From an uncultured Gammaproteobacteria bacterium (lineage in GTDB: Bacteria > Patescibacteriota > Patescibacteriia > UBA11705 > JABHMO01): a stretch of 64,000 nt of DNA. Shown piece by piece: positions 22,538 through 31,854 of the stretch. The position numbers and the translations under genes were made by a program. Below the pieces are notes generated by a model. The model was not told the DNA's origin and searched no databases. It saw nothing but the letters and a program-made list of their open reading frames with translations. Each line of letters starts with the position of its first letter. Positions within the stretch are counted from its first letter, which is position 1. Location: the NCBI GenBank assembly GCA_964486065.1, contig CAZAKN010000001.1:157640-221639 (forward strand). Direction: 5' to 3'.

Positions 22538-22568
22538 ATCCTCCGCGAACCACGGAGGATTTTTTATT
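22538..22568. terminator. Bidirectional terminator (atcctccg-cgaaccac-cggaggat + TTTTTATT)
   Basis: 8-bp perfect stem, T-run. Confidence 0.7.
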
Positions 22569-22583
22569 GTATCAATATTTGAT

Positions 22584-23480
22584 TTACCAGCTTCCACTGC
22601 TTCCTCCGCCTCCGGACATTCCTCCACCAAACCCGCCGAAACCTCCCGAACCACCGGATCTTCCACCTCCACCGAAAAATATTCCGCCACCGCGTCCGCC
22701 TTTACCTTTACTCCAACCTTTAAACCAATTGCGACGCGAAGCTCCCCAATCAAACAATAAGCCCAAACCGCTAAACAATCCGCCGAGGATTATCGCCCAG
22801 AGAGTTCCGGCGATCAAAGCTCCCGCCAAAGCGCCCAAACCGAGCCCCCACAAACCACCGGGCCAATATCTTTTTGATTTACCCAAAAATTCAAAAAATC
22901 CACCCATCATAATCATGGAGAAAACCACCAAATAAAATATAAAATTACCGCTTAAAGAACCCTTTTCTTTTTCTTCAGGCAAATCCAAGACTTCTCCTCT
23001 GGCAGCCGCCTGCAAGGCTCTCGCACTCTCAATAATACCGGTATCATAATCACCCGCCTTAAAATTAGGCACAGCGATGGTTCTGATAATAGCGCCGGCT
23101 TCCGAATCCGTCAGAGCGCCTTCCAAACCGTAACCGACTTCAATACGCAATTCGCGTTCCTCCTCCGCCACCAATAAAAGGATACCGTTATCCGCTCCTT
23201 GTTTTCCAATTCCCCAATCAGCAAATAACTCCACCGCGAAATTTTCAATATAATCCTCACCCAAATTCGGAACCGTTACCACTGAAATTTCATGTCCGGT
23301 TTCGCGTTCAAAAACTATCAACTCCCGCTCCAAAGTCTGGCGCGCGTTATCGCTCATCATATTCGCGTAATCATTGACAAACCCACTCGGTTCGCCCGGA
23401 TTGTAATACGCCTGCGCCGAGCTTAACAAAGAAACCGAAAACAGAACGAAAATAAAAATTGTACTTAATATTTTTTTCAT
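22584..23480 (-). CDS. TPM-domain (TLP18.3/Psb32/MOLO-1) phosphatase-like protein with Gly-rich C-terminal tail
   Basis: Signal peptide. TPM domain core YYNPG..VNDYANMMS..GHEISVVTVP..GILLLVA..LRIEVGYGLEG. C-terminal GGGRSGGSGGFGG. Confidence 0.75.
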   Translation of the reverse strand: MKKILSTIFIFVLFSVSLLSSAQAYYNPGEPSGFVNDYANMMSDNARQTLERELIVFERETGHEISVVTVPNLGEDYIENFAVELFADWGIGKQGADNGILLLVAEEERELRIEVGYGLEGALTDSEAGAIIRTIAVPNFKAGDYDTGIIESARALQAAARGEVLDLPEEKEKGSLSGNFIFYLVVFSMIMMGGFFEFLGKSKRYWPGGLWGLGLGALAGALIAGTLWAIILGGLFSGLGLLFDWGASRRNWFKGWSKGKGGRGGGIFFGGGGRSGGSGGFGGFGGGMSGGGGSSGSW

Positions 23481-23491
23481 TTAGAAAAAAA

Positions 23492-24070
23492 TTATTCTTC
23501 GGAAGTGGTCAAATCAACCGTGGGAGCGACTTCCGCACCTTCGGCCGCTTCAAAAAATTCTTTTGCTTCAAATCCGAAAATTCCCGCCAAAACATTGTTC
23601 GGCAAAGTTTTGATTTTCACATTGTAGTCTTTGACGATTTCATTATAGCGTTTTCTTTCCACTGAGATACGATTTTCCGTGCCCGCCAATTCATTCATTA
23701 AATTTTGCACGGTTTCCGTGGAACGCAATTGCGGATAATTCTCCATTATCACGAGAAGTCTGGCCAAAGCTGATTCCACTTCCGTGGCGGCCGCCGCTTT
23801 TTCATTTACCGTGGAAGCGCCCGCGTAACGAGTTCGGGCTTCGGCGATATTACCGAAAACTTCTTGTTCTTGTTCCATGGCACCTTTAACCGAATTTACC
23901 AAATTCGGGATCAAATCAAAACGGCGTTGAAATTGGTTTTCCACTTGCGCCCAAGCGTTATCAACTCCTTCATTTAAACCGATAACCGAATTGTAAAATC
24001 CGACCACCCATAAAGCTAGCAAAAAGATGACCAGCCCGATGGGGACCAAATACTTTAAAGCATTGCTCAT
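23492..24070 (-). CDS. lemA: LemA family protein
   Basis: N-terminal TM + LemA core (WAQVENQFQRRFDLIPNLV), adjacent to the TPM gene as is typical. Confidence 0.75.
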   Translation of the reverse strand: MSNALKYLVPIGLVIFLLALWVVGFYNSVIGLNEGVDNAWAQVENQFQRRFDLIPNLVNSVKGAMEQEQEVFGNIAEARTRYAGASTVNEKAAAATEVESALARLLVIMENYPQLRSTETVQNLMNELAGTENRISVERKRYNEIVKDYNVKIKTLPNNVLAGIFGFEAKEFFEAAEGAEVAPTVDLTTSEE

Positions 24071-24159
24071 AATTTTTTAATTAAGTTTTTTTAAGTATTG
24101 TAATTATATAATTAAAATTCCTTCAAAAATTTCCGATGACTCAAAATACCATCCGGATT

Positions 24160-25539
24160 TTACTTTATTTTCTTTTTCAAATATTCTTCCAATTTATCAA
24201 GATTAACCCGATCTTGTTCCATGGTATCACGATCACGAACAGTTACCGATTCATCTTCAAGCGAATCAAAATCAAAAGTCACGCAAAACGGCGTTCCGAT
24301 TTCATCTTGTCTGCGATACCTTTTTCCAATGCTTTGAGTTTCATCATATTCGCAAACGAATTCATCTTTTAATCGGTTGAACAATTCTTTGGCCGGTCCA
24401 GACAGTTCTTTCTTTTTTGACAAAGGTAAAACAGCCACTTTTACCGGCGCCAAATCGTAAGGAAATTTCATAACCACGCGTTTTTCTCCGTTTACTTCTT
24501 CTTCATTATAATTGGCCAATAGCGCGGTTAAAACGCAACGATCCAAACCGAAAGTCGGCTCCAAAACATGCGGGATAAATTTTTTATTTTTGGCTTGATC
24601 GTAATATTCCAATTTTTCTCCACTGGCTTCGGCCTGATTGGACAGATCAAAATCTCCGCGATGCGCCAAACCGAACAATTCTTTAAATCCGCCAAAAGGA
24701 AAATCATACTCAATATCCACGGTTTTTTGAGAATAATGAGATAACTTTTCTTTGGGATGTTCATAACGGCGGATCTTTTCTTTTTTCATCCCCAGCTCCA
24801 TGGCGAATTCTTCTTGCAGATTTAACCAATTTTCAAACATGGGTTGCCAATCAGCGTCCGGATCAATAAAATATTCAATCTCCATTTGTTCAAATTCCCG
24901 CAAACGAAAAATGAAATTTCCGGCCACGATTTCATTACGAAACGCTTTACCGATCTGAGCGATACCGAAAGGCAATTTCGGATGTAAGGAATCCAAAACC
25001 GCTTTGTAATCCACGAAAATCGCTCCCGCGGTTTCCGGTCTCAAATACACGATATTTTCATCTTCATCACTGACATTGTTCATTTCCGTTTTAAACATCA
25101 TGTTAAAACGACGCACTTCCGTCCAATCTTGCTCTCCGCAATTCGGACATTTTATTTTTTCCTTTTGCAAAGCTTCGGTCATGCCTACCAAATCGCCTTC
25201 CAAATCTTTACCAGTCACTTCTTCCACCAAATGATCAGCTCGAAATCTTTTTTTGCAATTCTTGCAATCAACCATGGCATCATCAAAATTAGTCGTGTGC
25301 CCCGAAGCTTCCCACAACTTGGGATGCAATAAAATCGGTCCGTCCAAACCATGCATATCTTCACGAGCATGCACGAATTTGCGCCACCACAAACTTTTTA
25401 TATTATTTTTCAATTCCACTCCATAAGGTCCGTAACTGTATGAATTGGCAAAACCGCCATAAATTTCACAAGCCGGAAAAATAAAACCTCTTCTTTTGGT
25501 TAAAGAAACAATTTTTTCCATCAGGTTTTCTTCTGGCAT
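24160..25539 (-). CDS. glyQS: Glycine--tRNA ligase, dimeric (alpha2) type
   Basis: Class II aaRS motifs, 459 aa, GlyRS N-terminus RGFIFPACEIYGG. Confidence 0.85.
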   Translation of the reverse strand: MPEENLMEKIVSLTKRRGFIFPACEIYGGFANSYSYGPYGVELKNNIKSLWWRKFVHAREDMHGLDGPILLHPKLWEASGHTTNFDDAMVDCKNCKKRFRADHLVEEVTGKDLEGDLVGMTEALQKEKIKCPNCGEQDWTEVRRFNMMFKTEMNNVSDEDENIVYLRPETAGAIFVDYKAVLDSLHPKLPFGIAQIGKAFRNEIVAGNFIFRLREFEQMEIEYFIDPDADWQPMFENWLNLQEEFAMELGMKKEKIRRYEHPKEKLSHYSQKTVDIEYDFPFGGFKELFGLAHRGDFDLSNQAEASGEKLEYYDQAKNKKFIPHVLEPTFGLDRCVLTALLANYNEEEVNGEKRVVMKFPYDLAPVKVAVLPLSKKKELSGPAKELFNRLKDEFVCEYDETQSIGKRYRRQDEIGTPFCVTFDFDSLEDESVTVRDRDTMEQDRVNLDKLEEYLKKKIK

Positions 25540-25560
25540 AATTAAATCTTTTTTTATGGT

Positions 25561-26145
25561 TTAAACTTTCATGAGTTCCTCCTCTTTTTTAACGGCCATT
25601 TCTTGCATTTCTTTCGTCATTTCGGAATTTTTCTTATCCAACTCTTCAATGAAAGCGTATTTATCATCTTCGGTTATCTCCTTGTTTTTTTCGGCTTCCA
25701 CGATTTCTTCTTTGATTTTTTCTCGGACGCCTTTCAAAGACACCTTGCCTGCTTCTAATTTTTCATTCAATTGCTTAACCGATTTCATACGACTTTCCTC
25801 CGTCAATTGAGGCACGGTAATTCTCACCAAAGTGCTTTCCGCTGTCACTCCCAAACCCAGATCCGCTTGAACAATCGCCTTTTCCACTTCTTTGAGCAAA
25901 TTTTTATCCCACGGCTCCACGGTCATAACTTTCGGTTCGGGGACACTGATGCTTCCGACTTGATTGATCGGAGTTTTTACGCCGTAAGCGTCCACCAACA
26001 CATTTTCCAACATGGAAGGCGTGGCCCTCCCCACTCGCATGGAATTCAATTCTTTAAGAAAATGTTCTTTGGATTTTTGGAAATCCTCCTCGTGTTTTTC
26101 AATAAATTGATTTGGCATATTTTTTATATGTTTATTATTAATCAA
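25561..26145 (-). CDS. frr: Ribosome recycling factor with extended Lys/Glu-rich C-terminus
   Basis: RRF motifs (RVGRATPSMLE...) over the N-terminal ~100 aa. Confidence 0.8.
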   Translation of the reverse strand: MINNKHIKNMPNQFIEKHEEDFQKSKEHFLKELNSMRVGRATPSMLENVLVDAYGVKTPINQVGSISVPEPKVMTVEPWDKNLLKEVEKAIVQADLGLGVTAESTLVRITVPQLTEESRMKSVKQLNEKLEAGKVSLKGVREKIKEEIVEAEKNKEITEDDKYAFIEELDKKNSEMTKEMQEMAVKKEEELMKV

Positions 26146-27202
26146 GTAATTTTTTCACGCCCATGTAAATAACATTCGCGTCTTTCGGGTGAACCAATAA
26201 ACTGGAAGCGAAACGCGTGGTGGGCATGGTTTTAACCGTCCAATTTTCACCGGCATCAGATGTTTTATATAATGCTCGGTCGGTGGAATAGAATATATTG
26301 CTGGCATTCTGCGGATCAATGGCCAAATCGTAAATTCGTTCATCTCCTTCTCTGGTCAAAATCGGCACTTCACTCCAAGTGGTTCCTCCGTCCAGACTGC
26401 GCAATATTCCGAATTGACTAGCGTAAACAATCAAATTCTTTGTGCTGGCTGAAACATCAAAAGCGTGATAGATATAAGCTTTTTTAAATCCTTTCATTTG
26501 CGGATTCAGATCCTGCCAATCACCGCCACGGTTGACGGTTTTGAACAAACCTCTGCCACTCACACCGACATAAACGATTTGTGGATCATTGGGATCAACA
26601 ATGATTTTATAAATTCTCTTTTTAAAATTGTTTATTACTTTCCAACTGCCACCGAAATCATCGCTACGCAAAACCGTGCCTTCGGAAACTCCGGCGTAAA
26701 TAATGCGCGGATCACGTGGATCAATAGCCAAGGCCGTAACCTTTTTCTCCACATTATCGGCGAACCAAACTTCTTTCCACTCCCGACCGCAAGTTACGGA
26801 TTTGTAAATTTTGCTTTCCAAAGCCACATAAACGGTACAAGGATAATTCTTATCTATCACCGCGTCACGCACATATCCTTGTGGCAAACCTTCGGTCTTG
26901 TTCCATCCCGCTCCGGCATTATTGGTGTAAAATAAACCTGAATATCTGGTTCCCGCCCAAATCGTTTTGGTATCCGTGGGATCCATGCGGAGAAAATAAA
27001 TATCCGTATCGGCAATGGTTCCATCTTGCGCTCCAGGTGTCATCAATTTGGAAATTGATTGCCATGATTCCATTTTATCGGTAGTTAAGAACACTCCACC
27101 CAATTCACTGGTCTTGGTTGTTTTACTACCGAACTTGATACAACCAGACAGAGAAATCGCCATCACCGCGATCAGAACGCTTAATAAAAATTTTTTAATC
27201 AT
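26138..27202 (-). CDS. BNR/Asp-box repeat (sortilin/Ycf48-like beta-propeller) lipoprotein
   Basis: Lipobox LSGC, repeated S.D.G.TW motifs. Confidence 0.55.
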   Translation of the reverse strand: MIKKFLLSVLIAVMAISLSGCIKFGSKTTKTSELGGVFLTTDKMESWQSISKLMTPGAQDGTIADTDIYFLRMDPTDTKTIWAGTRYSGLFYTNNAGAGWNKTEGLPQGYVRDAVIDKNYPCTVYVALESKIYKSVTCGREWKEVWFADNVEKKVTALAIDPRDPRIIYAGVSEGTVLRSDDFGGSWKVINNFKKRIYKIIVDPNDPQIVYVGVSGRGLFKTVNRGGDWQDLNPQMKGFKKAYIYHAFDVSASTKNLIVYASQFGILRSLDGGTTWSEVPILTREGDERIYDLAIDPQNASNIFYSTDRALYKTSDAGENWTVKTMPTTRFASSLLVHPKDANVIYMGVKKLLD

Positions 27203-27250
27203 AAAGCTATATTTATTTGCAAAATTTTATTTTTGTTTTCTTTTTATATT

Positions 27251-28258
27251 TTATATGAAAATAAATAAATTTTCCAAAGCCAATCTGGGATTCACATTGC
27301 GAATAACATAATTTTTGGTTATTTCGGCCGCACGCAAGGCAGAAACCAACCTCGCCAAAGTTAAATTGGAAGCCACGCTTCGCAAATCATTTTTTAAATA
27401 TCCATTCACCGTTAATTCCAAAGCGTTTGATTTAATCAATAAAATATCGCGAAGCAACTTCATGAATATCCGTAATGATTCCAAAATTTGATCATTACTT
27501 TTTTTGTCGGTTAATTTTTGCGCCAAACTGAATTTATCATTCATATTTCCGGAAAAAACTCTTAACATTTCATGAACTTTTTCCTTATATTCACCCACTT
27601 GTTCTTGATTCTCCCACAAAGTCAAAGCTTGTTCCGGCTTGCCTTCTGATAATTCAGCTATTTCACGAGCCATATCACGATCCGCTCCTTTTTTTACCAG
27701 TAAATCATAAATTCTTGCTTTAGTTACCGGTAAAAATTTAAATTTTTGCACACGCGATAAAATAGTCGGCAAAATCGTTTCCAAGTTATCCGACAACATA
27801 ATAATAATGGTGCGAGCCGTCGGTTCTTCCAAAGTTTTAAGCAAAGAATTTCCCGCGCCTTGACTGAGGGTTTCCGCTTCCGGAATTATTACGATTTTAT
27901 ATGAATTTAAAAATGCTCTGGTAGAAATTTTCTCTTGCAAATTTCTGACTTGCGCCACTTGAATATTGGCTTTTCGCAAACCGCTTTTTTCATTGATTTC
28001 GCGATTCAAGTAATGTAGATCCGCGTAAACTCCCGCAACAAATTGTTTACAATTTTGACACTCACCGCAAGGCTTGGAAAGATTTTCGCTTTGACACAAT
28101 ATGGTTTGCGCGAATATTTTGGCCAAAGCCAACTTGCCCACGCCTTTTGCTCCGTAAAATAAATAAGCATGAGATAAAGATTGATTCTCAATGCTTGTCT
28201 GGAAAAAATTTTTTAACTTGGAATGACCTAAAATCGGCCAATTGTATTGCTTATTCAT
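27251..28258 (-). CDS. holB: DNA polymerase III delta-prime subunit
   Basis: AAA+ clamp-loader motifs HAYLFYGAKGVGK, Zn module CGECQNC. Confidence 0.8.
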   Translation of the reverse strand: MNKQYNWPILGHSKLKNFFQTSIENQSLSHAYLFYGAKGVGKLALAKIFAQTILCQSENLSKPCGECQNCKQFVAGVYADLHYLNREINEKSGLRKANIQVAQVRNLQEKISTRAFLNSYKIVIIPEAETLSQGAGNSLLKTLEEPTARTIIIMLSDNLETILPTILSRVQKFKFLPVTKARIYDLLVKKGADRDMAREIAELSEGKPEQALTLWENQEQVGEYKEKVHEMLRVFSGNMNDKFSLAQKLTDKKSNDQILESLRIFMKLLRDILLIKSNALELTVNGYLKNDLRSVASNLTLARLVSALRAAEITKNYVIRNVNPRLALENLFIFI

Positions 28259-28430
28259 GAATTAATTTTAGCAAAATTAGCTCTATAAGACAATTAAATA
28301 ATTAACATGCATTATTCAATAATTATATTTATGCAACTCTCACGCTGAACAATTATTTTATTCACTAAACACAAAATTATCTTATTTTCGCTAAAATAAG
28401 ACAAACTAAATACTATAACAAAATTTACTA

Positions 28431-28459
28431 TTGACAATATTGTAAGTATATGCTATAAT
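28431..28459 (+). promoter_or_regulatory. Consensus sigma70 promoter TTGACA-17-TATAAT driving a small RNA
   Basis: ttgaca atattgtaagtatatgc tataat, exact consensus hexamers and 17-nt spacer. Confidence 0.7.
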
Positions 28460-28479
28460 GATAATACATTAATAAATAC

Positions 28480-28561
28480 GGCAATCGGACACAAAAAGGG
28501 AGCATGGTAGCTCCGCCTGAAAAAGGTGTTGTCCGTAGAGGTTCAAATCCTCGGATTGCCA
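28480..28561 (+). ncRNA. tRNA-like small RNA, likely an atypical tRNA. It has a 7-bp acceptor stem GGCAATC/GATTGCC, a T-arm with GTTCAAATCC loop and a D-arm-like GAGC-ATGGTA-GCTC. A standard cloverleaf could not be resolved because of about 10 extra nt after the acceptor strand
   Basis: Own promoter upstream and intrinsic terminator downstream. T-loop TTCAAAT consensus. No ORF. Confidence 0.45.
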
Positions 28562-28600
28562 TCAAAAACAACGCTTGATTACTCAAGCGAAAAAATATAT

Positions 28601-28637
28601 CGGAGCTCAATCTCATTGAGCTCCGTCTTTTTTATTT
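28601..28637 (+). terminator. Rho-independent terminator (cggagctcaat-ctc-attgagctccg + TCTTTTTTATTTT), overlaps the stop of the minus-strand glycosyltransferase
   Basis: 11-bp perfect stem and U-tract. Confidence 0.75.
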
Positions 28638-29746
28638 TCAAGCAAAATTTTGTGTGTTTGTATCGCGCATTTTTCCCAGGAAAACAATTTTGTTCTGGCC
28701 AAACCTTTTTCTCTGAGATCGCTTGCTGTCCGCGGATTTAATAATACTCGCGCCATGACCGCGGACATCTGTTCAATATCCGTCGGATCAAACATGATCG
28801 TGGCATCGCCGGCCACTTCGGGCAAACTTGTAGTATTGGAGCAAACCACCGGCTCACCGCAGGCCATGGCTTCCAATATGGGAATACCAAAACCTTCAAA
28901 AAGCGAAGGAAAAACAAATAGATCAGAAGCACTATGTAGATAAGGTAAATCATGATCATCCAGCCAACCGGGAAAAATTATTTCTTTTTGTAAACCATAT
29001 TCCCCTATTTTTTTCTGAGCTTGTTCAAAACCGAATCCGCACGAACCAACTAAAACCAACTTATGATCATCTTGCGGATTTTGTTTTTTAAACAAATTGA
29101 AAGCGTCTATCAAGCGAGAAATATTTTTCTTTTCTTCCAAACGGCCGACAAACAAGATATACGGAGCATTAATTTCAAATTTATTTCTAATGTAAGTCTT
29201 GGCGTCCGGCATTTCCCGATAACGCTCCTGATCATATCCATTGTAAACAACTTTAATTTTAGCTGGATCAATTTTGTAGGTTTCTATCAAATCTCGTTTG
29301 GAATATTCGGAAACCGTGATAATTTGATCGGCTGACTTTTTAATAAAATGGATAATGAGTTTATGATAAAATTTATCAGCCGTTTGATAACATTCCGGGA
29401 AATGTTCAAAGCCGATATCGTGGACGGTTACCACGGAACGCTCGGGATTGAATAATGGAATGGTATGCGCCGGCACGAACAGTGTATCGCATTTTTTCCG
29501 ACCGACCAGCATTTCCCAACTCAAACGCAATACCGTCCAAGTCCGCGGAATCGGCCATTTCAAAACAGCTTCTTGGAAATTATCCGGCATCTCAGCCAAA
29601 GCCCCGCGTAGCGGTTCATTAGCATATAAAAAATACTGATTTTGATGATCAATCTTTTTAAATTGTTCAATCAAGTGATACGAATACCACTCCACTCCGG
29701 TTTTATGTTTTTTGTTGGCGCGTGAAGCGTCTATACCTATTTTCAT
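28613..29746 (-). CDS. Glycosyltransferase family 1 (GT4-type)
   Basis: C-terminal EGFGIPILEAMACGEPVV motif. Confidence 0.75.
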   Translation of the reverse strand: MKIGIDASRANKKHKTGVEWYSYHLIEQFKKIDHQNQYFLYANEPLRGALAEMPDNFQEAVLKWPIPRTWTVLRLSWEMLVGRKKCDTLFVPAHTIPLFNPERSVVTVHDIGFEHFPECYQTADKFYHKLIIHFIKKSADQIITVSEYSKRDLIETYKIDPAKIKVVYNGYDQERYREMPDAKTYIRNKFEINAPYILFVGRLEEKKNISRLIDAFNLFKKQNPQDDHKLVLVGSCGFGFEQAQKKIGEYGLQKEIIFPGWLDDHDLPYLHSASDLFVFPSLFEGFGIPILEAMACGEPVVCSNTTSLPEVAGDATIMFDPTDIEQMSAVMARVLLNPRTASDLREKGLARTKLFSWEKCAIQTHKILLENKKDGAQ

Positions 29747-29847
29747 ATTTTTTTTAATTGACGCGGATCGCGAAACACAAATCGCGTATCATAATTCATC
29801 TCAATATTACGCGTTTCGTGACTCATGAATTTTTTCCATCCTTCTCT

Positions 29848-30855
29848 CTACTTTGTCGCCAAAATTGATCGTTTGTACAATTCCAAATTATCCAAAGCGA
29901 TTCCCGTGCCTTTGGCCACGCAAAGCAAAGCGTCGGAAGCCACGAAAACCGGCACTCCGATTGCTCTGGAAATAAGCTGATCAATATTGCCCAGCAAACT
30001 GCTCCCTCCGCTCATAATAATGCCTTTGTCAATCACATCGGCGGATAGTTCTGGCGGAGTCTTCTGTAAGACTTCACGAGTAGCGTCTATGATCCCTTGT
30101 AAATCTTGTTGCAAAGCTTCAGTTATATCATTGGAATTAATGATCACGGTTTTCGGCATACCACTTACCATGTCACGACCGCGAATTTCCATTTGTGAAG
30201 GTTTTTCCGAATACAAGGCGGAACCAATTTCAATTTTTATTTCTTCAGCCGTGCGATCACCGATGGCCAAATTATATTTACGCCGAATATATTCGGCTAT
30301 GGAAGCGTCAAAACGGTTTCCGCCGATACGCACGGAAGAAGCCGCCACAATTCCACCCAAAGAAATCACCGCGATTTCCGAAGTTCCCCCACCAATATCT
30401 ATAATCATATGACCTGAAGCGCTACCAATCGGGATATTGGCGCCGATAGCCGCGGCAATCGGTTCTTTAATAATGTAAGCAGCCTTGGCTCCCGCGGCAA
30501 TGGTCGCATCAATCACCGCTCGCCTTTCCGTGGAAGTAATCCCAGCGGGCACGGCTACCATGACTTCCGGACGAAACAATTTCACGCCACCCAAGGCTTT
30601 ATTGATGAAATATCTAAGCATGGCTTCCGTAGTTTTATAATCCGCTATCACGCCGTCTTTCAAGGGACGACTGGCAATAATGGAATCAGGCGTGCGTCCC
30701 AACATCTGCTTGGCTTCATCTCCCACCGCCAAAATATTTTTATCGGTCATGGAAATGGCCACCACTGACGGCTCGTTAATTACAATACCTTTCTTCGGCA
30801 AATGAACCAAAGTATAAGTCGTCCCCAAATCAATTCCAACTTTGCGTAAAAACAT
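29848..30855 (-). CDS. mreB: Rod shape-determining actin homolog MreB
   Basis: VGIDLGTTYTLV phosphate-1 motif, 335 aa. Confidence 0.9.
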   Translation of the reverse strand: MFLRKVGIDLGTTYTLVHLPKKGIVINEPSVVAISMTDKNILAVGDEAKQMLGRTPDSIIASRPLKDGVIADYKTTEAMLRYFINKALGGVKLFRPEVMVAVPAGITSTERRAVIDATIAAGAKAAYIIKEPIAAAIGANIPIGSASGHMIIDIGGGTSEIAVISLGGIVAASSVRIGGNRFDASIAEYIRRKYNLAIGDRTAEEIKIEIGSALYSEKPSQMEIRGRDMVSGMPKTVIINSNDITEALQQDLQGIIDATREVLQKTPPELSADVIDKGIIMSGGSSLLGNIDQLISRAIGVPVFVASDALLCVAKGTGIALDNLELYKRSILATK

Positions 30856-30916
30856 AATTTATTTAAAAATAAAATCCCAATTCCCTCCTGTTCCGGGTTT
30901 TAGGATTTTTCATTAA

Positions 30917-31414
30917 TTACACTTGCTCTTTTTTTGACTTGAGCAATTCATCGGCTTTAATCTTGGAATCCTGCTCCAAAAAAAACTTGTTCACTCCCGG
31001 AATCATAGATAGCCATTTTTTTATCAATTTTACAATTTTACTTTCTTTGGGCTTCTTGGCTTGTAACAATTTTTCAATTTCTCTAGCAGTTTCTTCTCCT
31101 TTTTTCTTAAATTCCGCTTGACGATGTTCCGGCAATTGACTGAATAAATCCGCCAATCCGTCCGACAATATTTCCTCTATTCTGATCAAGTCATCACTTT
31201 TACTTTCAGGCACTTTTTCTTTTTTCATGACTTGCTTCTTTTCCCCCGCCTTGTCCGGACTTCTTTGCAGTTGTTTTTTAATTTTTTGTTCAGACTGCGC
31301 CGGTGCTTCCACTTGGGATCCTTTTTCTCTTGTTTCCGGTTCTATTGGTTTTTCCACTTCTTGTTCCGGCATTTCAGGATTTAAAGGTTGCTCAATGTTT
31401 TTGTTTTCATCCAT
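30917..31414 (-). CDS. Hypothetical Lys/Glu-rich protein
   Basis: 165-aa low-complexity charged ORF. Confidence 0.35.
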   Translation of the reverse strand: MDENKNIEQPLNPEMPEQEVEKPIEPETREKGSQVEAPAQSEQKIKKQLQRSPDKAGEKKQVMKKEKVPESKSDDLIRIEEILSDGLADLFSQLPEHRQAEFKKKGEETAREIEKLLQAKKPKESKIVKLIKKWLSMIPGVNKFFLEQDSKIKADELLKSKKEQV

Positions 31415-31550
31415 ATATTTTATTATTGATTGAATGTAAGTAAATTATACCTTATTTAATTACTATGTTAAAGCATAAAATATCCTGATATTGACAAAAG
31501 GTTGATAGTATTATATAATATTATACTCAACTTTTCCAAACGGAGGAAAC

Positions 31551-31829
31551 ATGGAATCCTTGACAAAATGCTTAATTTCTTTGTTTATGCTGGCGCTTTG
31601 TATAGAAGTGCCATTGCGTATTATGGGACTGAAAAAAGGCTTCATTATTACTATTACTAGAAAAATGGTCAAAGCAATAACCAAGTGGCTAAGAAAGACT
31701 CTAAGTGCTTTTCTCTGCCGACTGAACACTTTATTTGATCAGTTGTTGTGCTTTTTGCCATTTTCTGTTCAATTAGCCCTACTGGCGACTTTAATTATCA
31801 CTATTGTTCTTTACCTATCTTCCAAATAA
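31551..31829 (+). CDS. Hypothetical small membrane protein (92 aa)
   Basis: RBS ggaggaaacATG, two TM helices, terminator follows. Confidence 0.4.
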   Translation: MESLTKCLISLFMLALCIEVPLRIMGLKKGFIITITRKMVKAITKWLRKTLSAFLCRLNTLFDQLLCFLPFSVQLALLATLIITIVLYLSSK

Positions 31830-31854
31830 TCCGCTAAAAAGCGGATTTTTTATT
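31829..31854. terminator. Bidirectional terminator (atccgct-aaaa-agcggat + TTTTTTATTT) shared by the plus small ORF and the minus dus gene
   Basis: 7-bp stem, A-run and T-run on both sides. Confidence 0.65.

Noticed and set aside
28259-28612. tmRNA (ssrA) candidate because the intergenic gap is about 350 nt with a tRNA-like 3' end
   Set aside because: The acceptor strands are only about 80 nt apart, and no tag-peptide reading frame, pseudoknot series or GGGG...ACCA ends are present. Interpreted instead as a short tRNA-like RNA.
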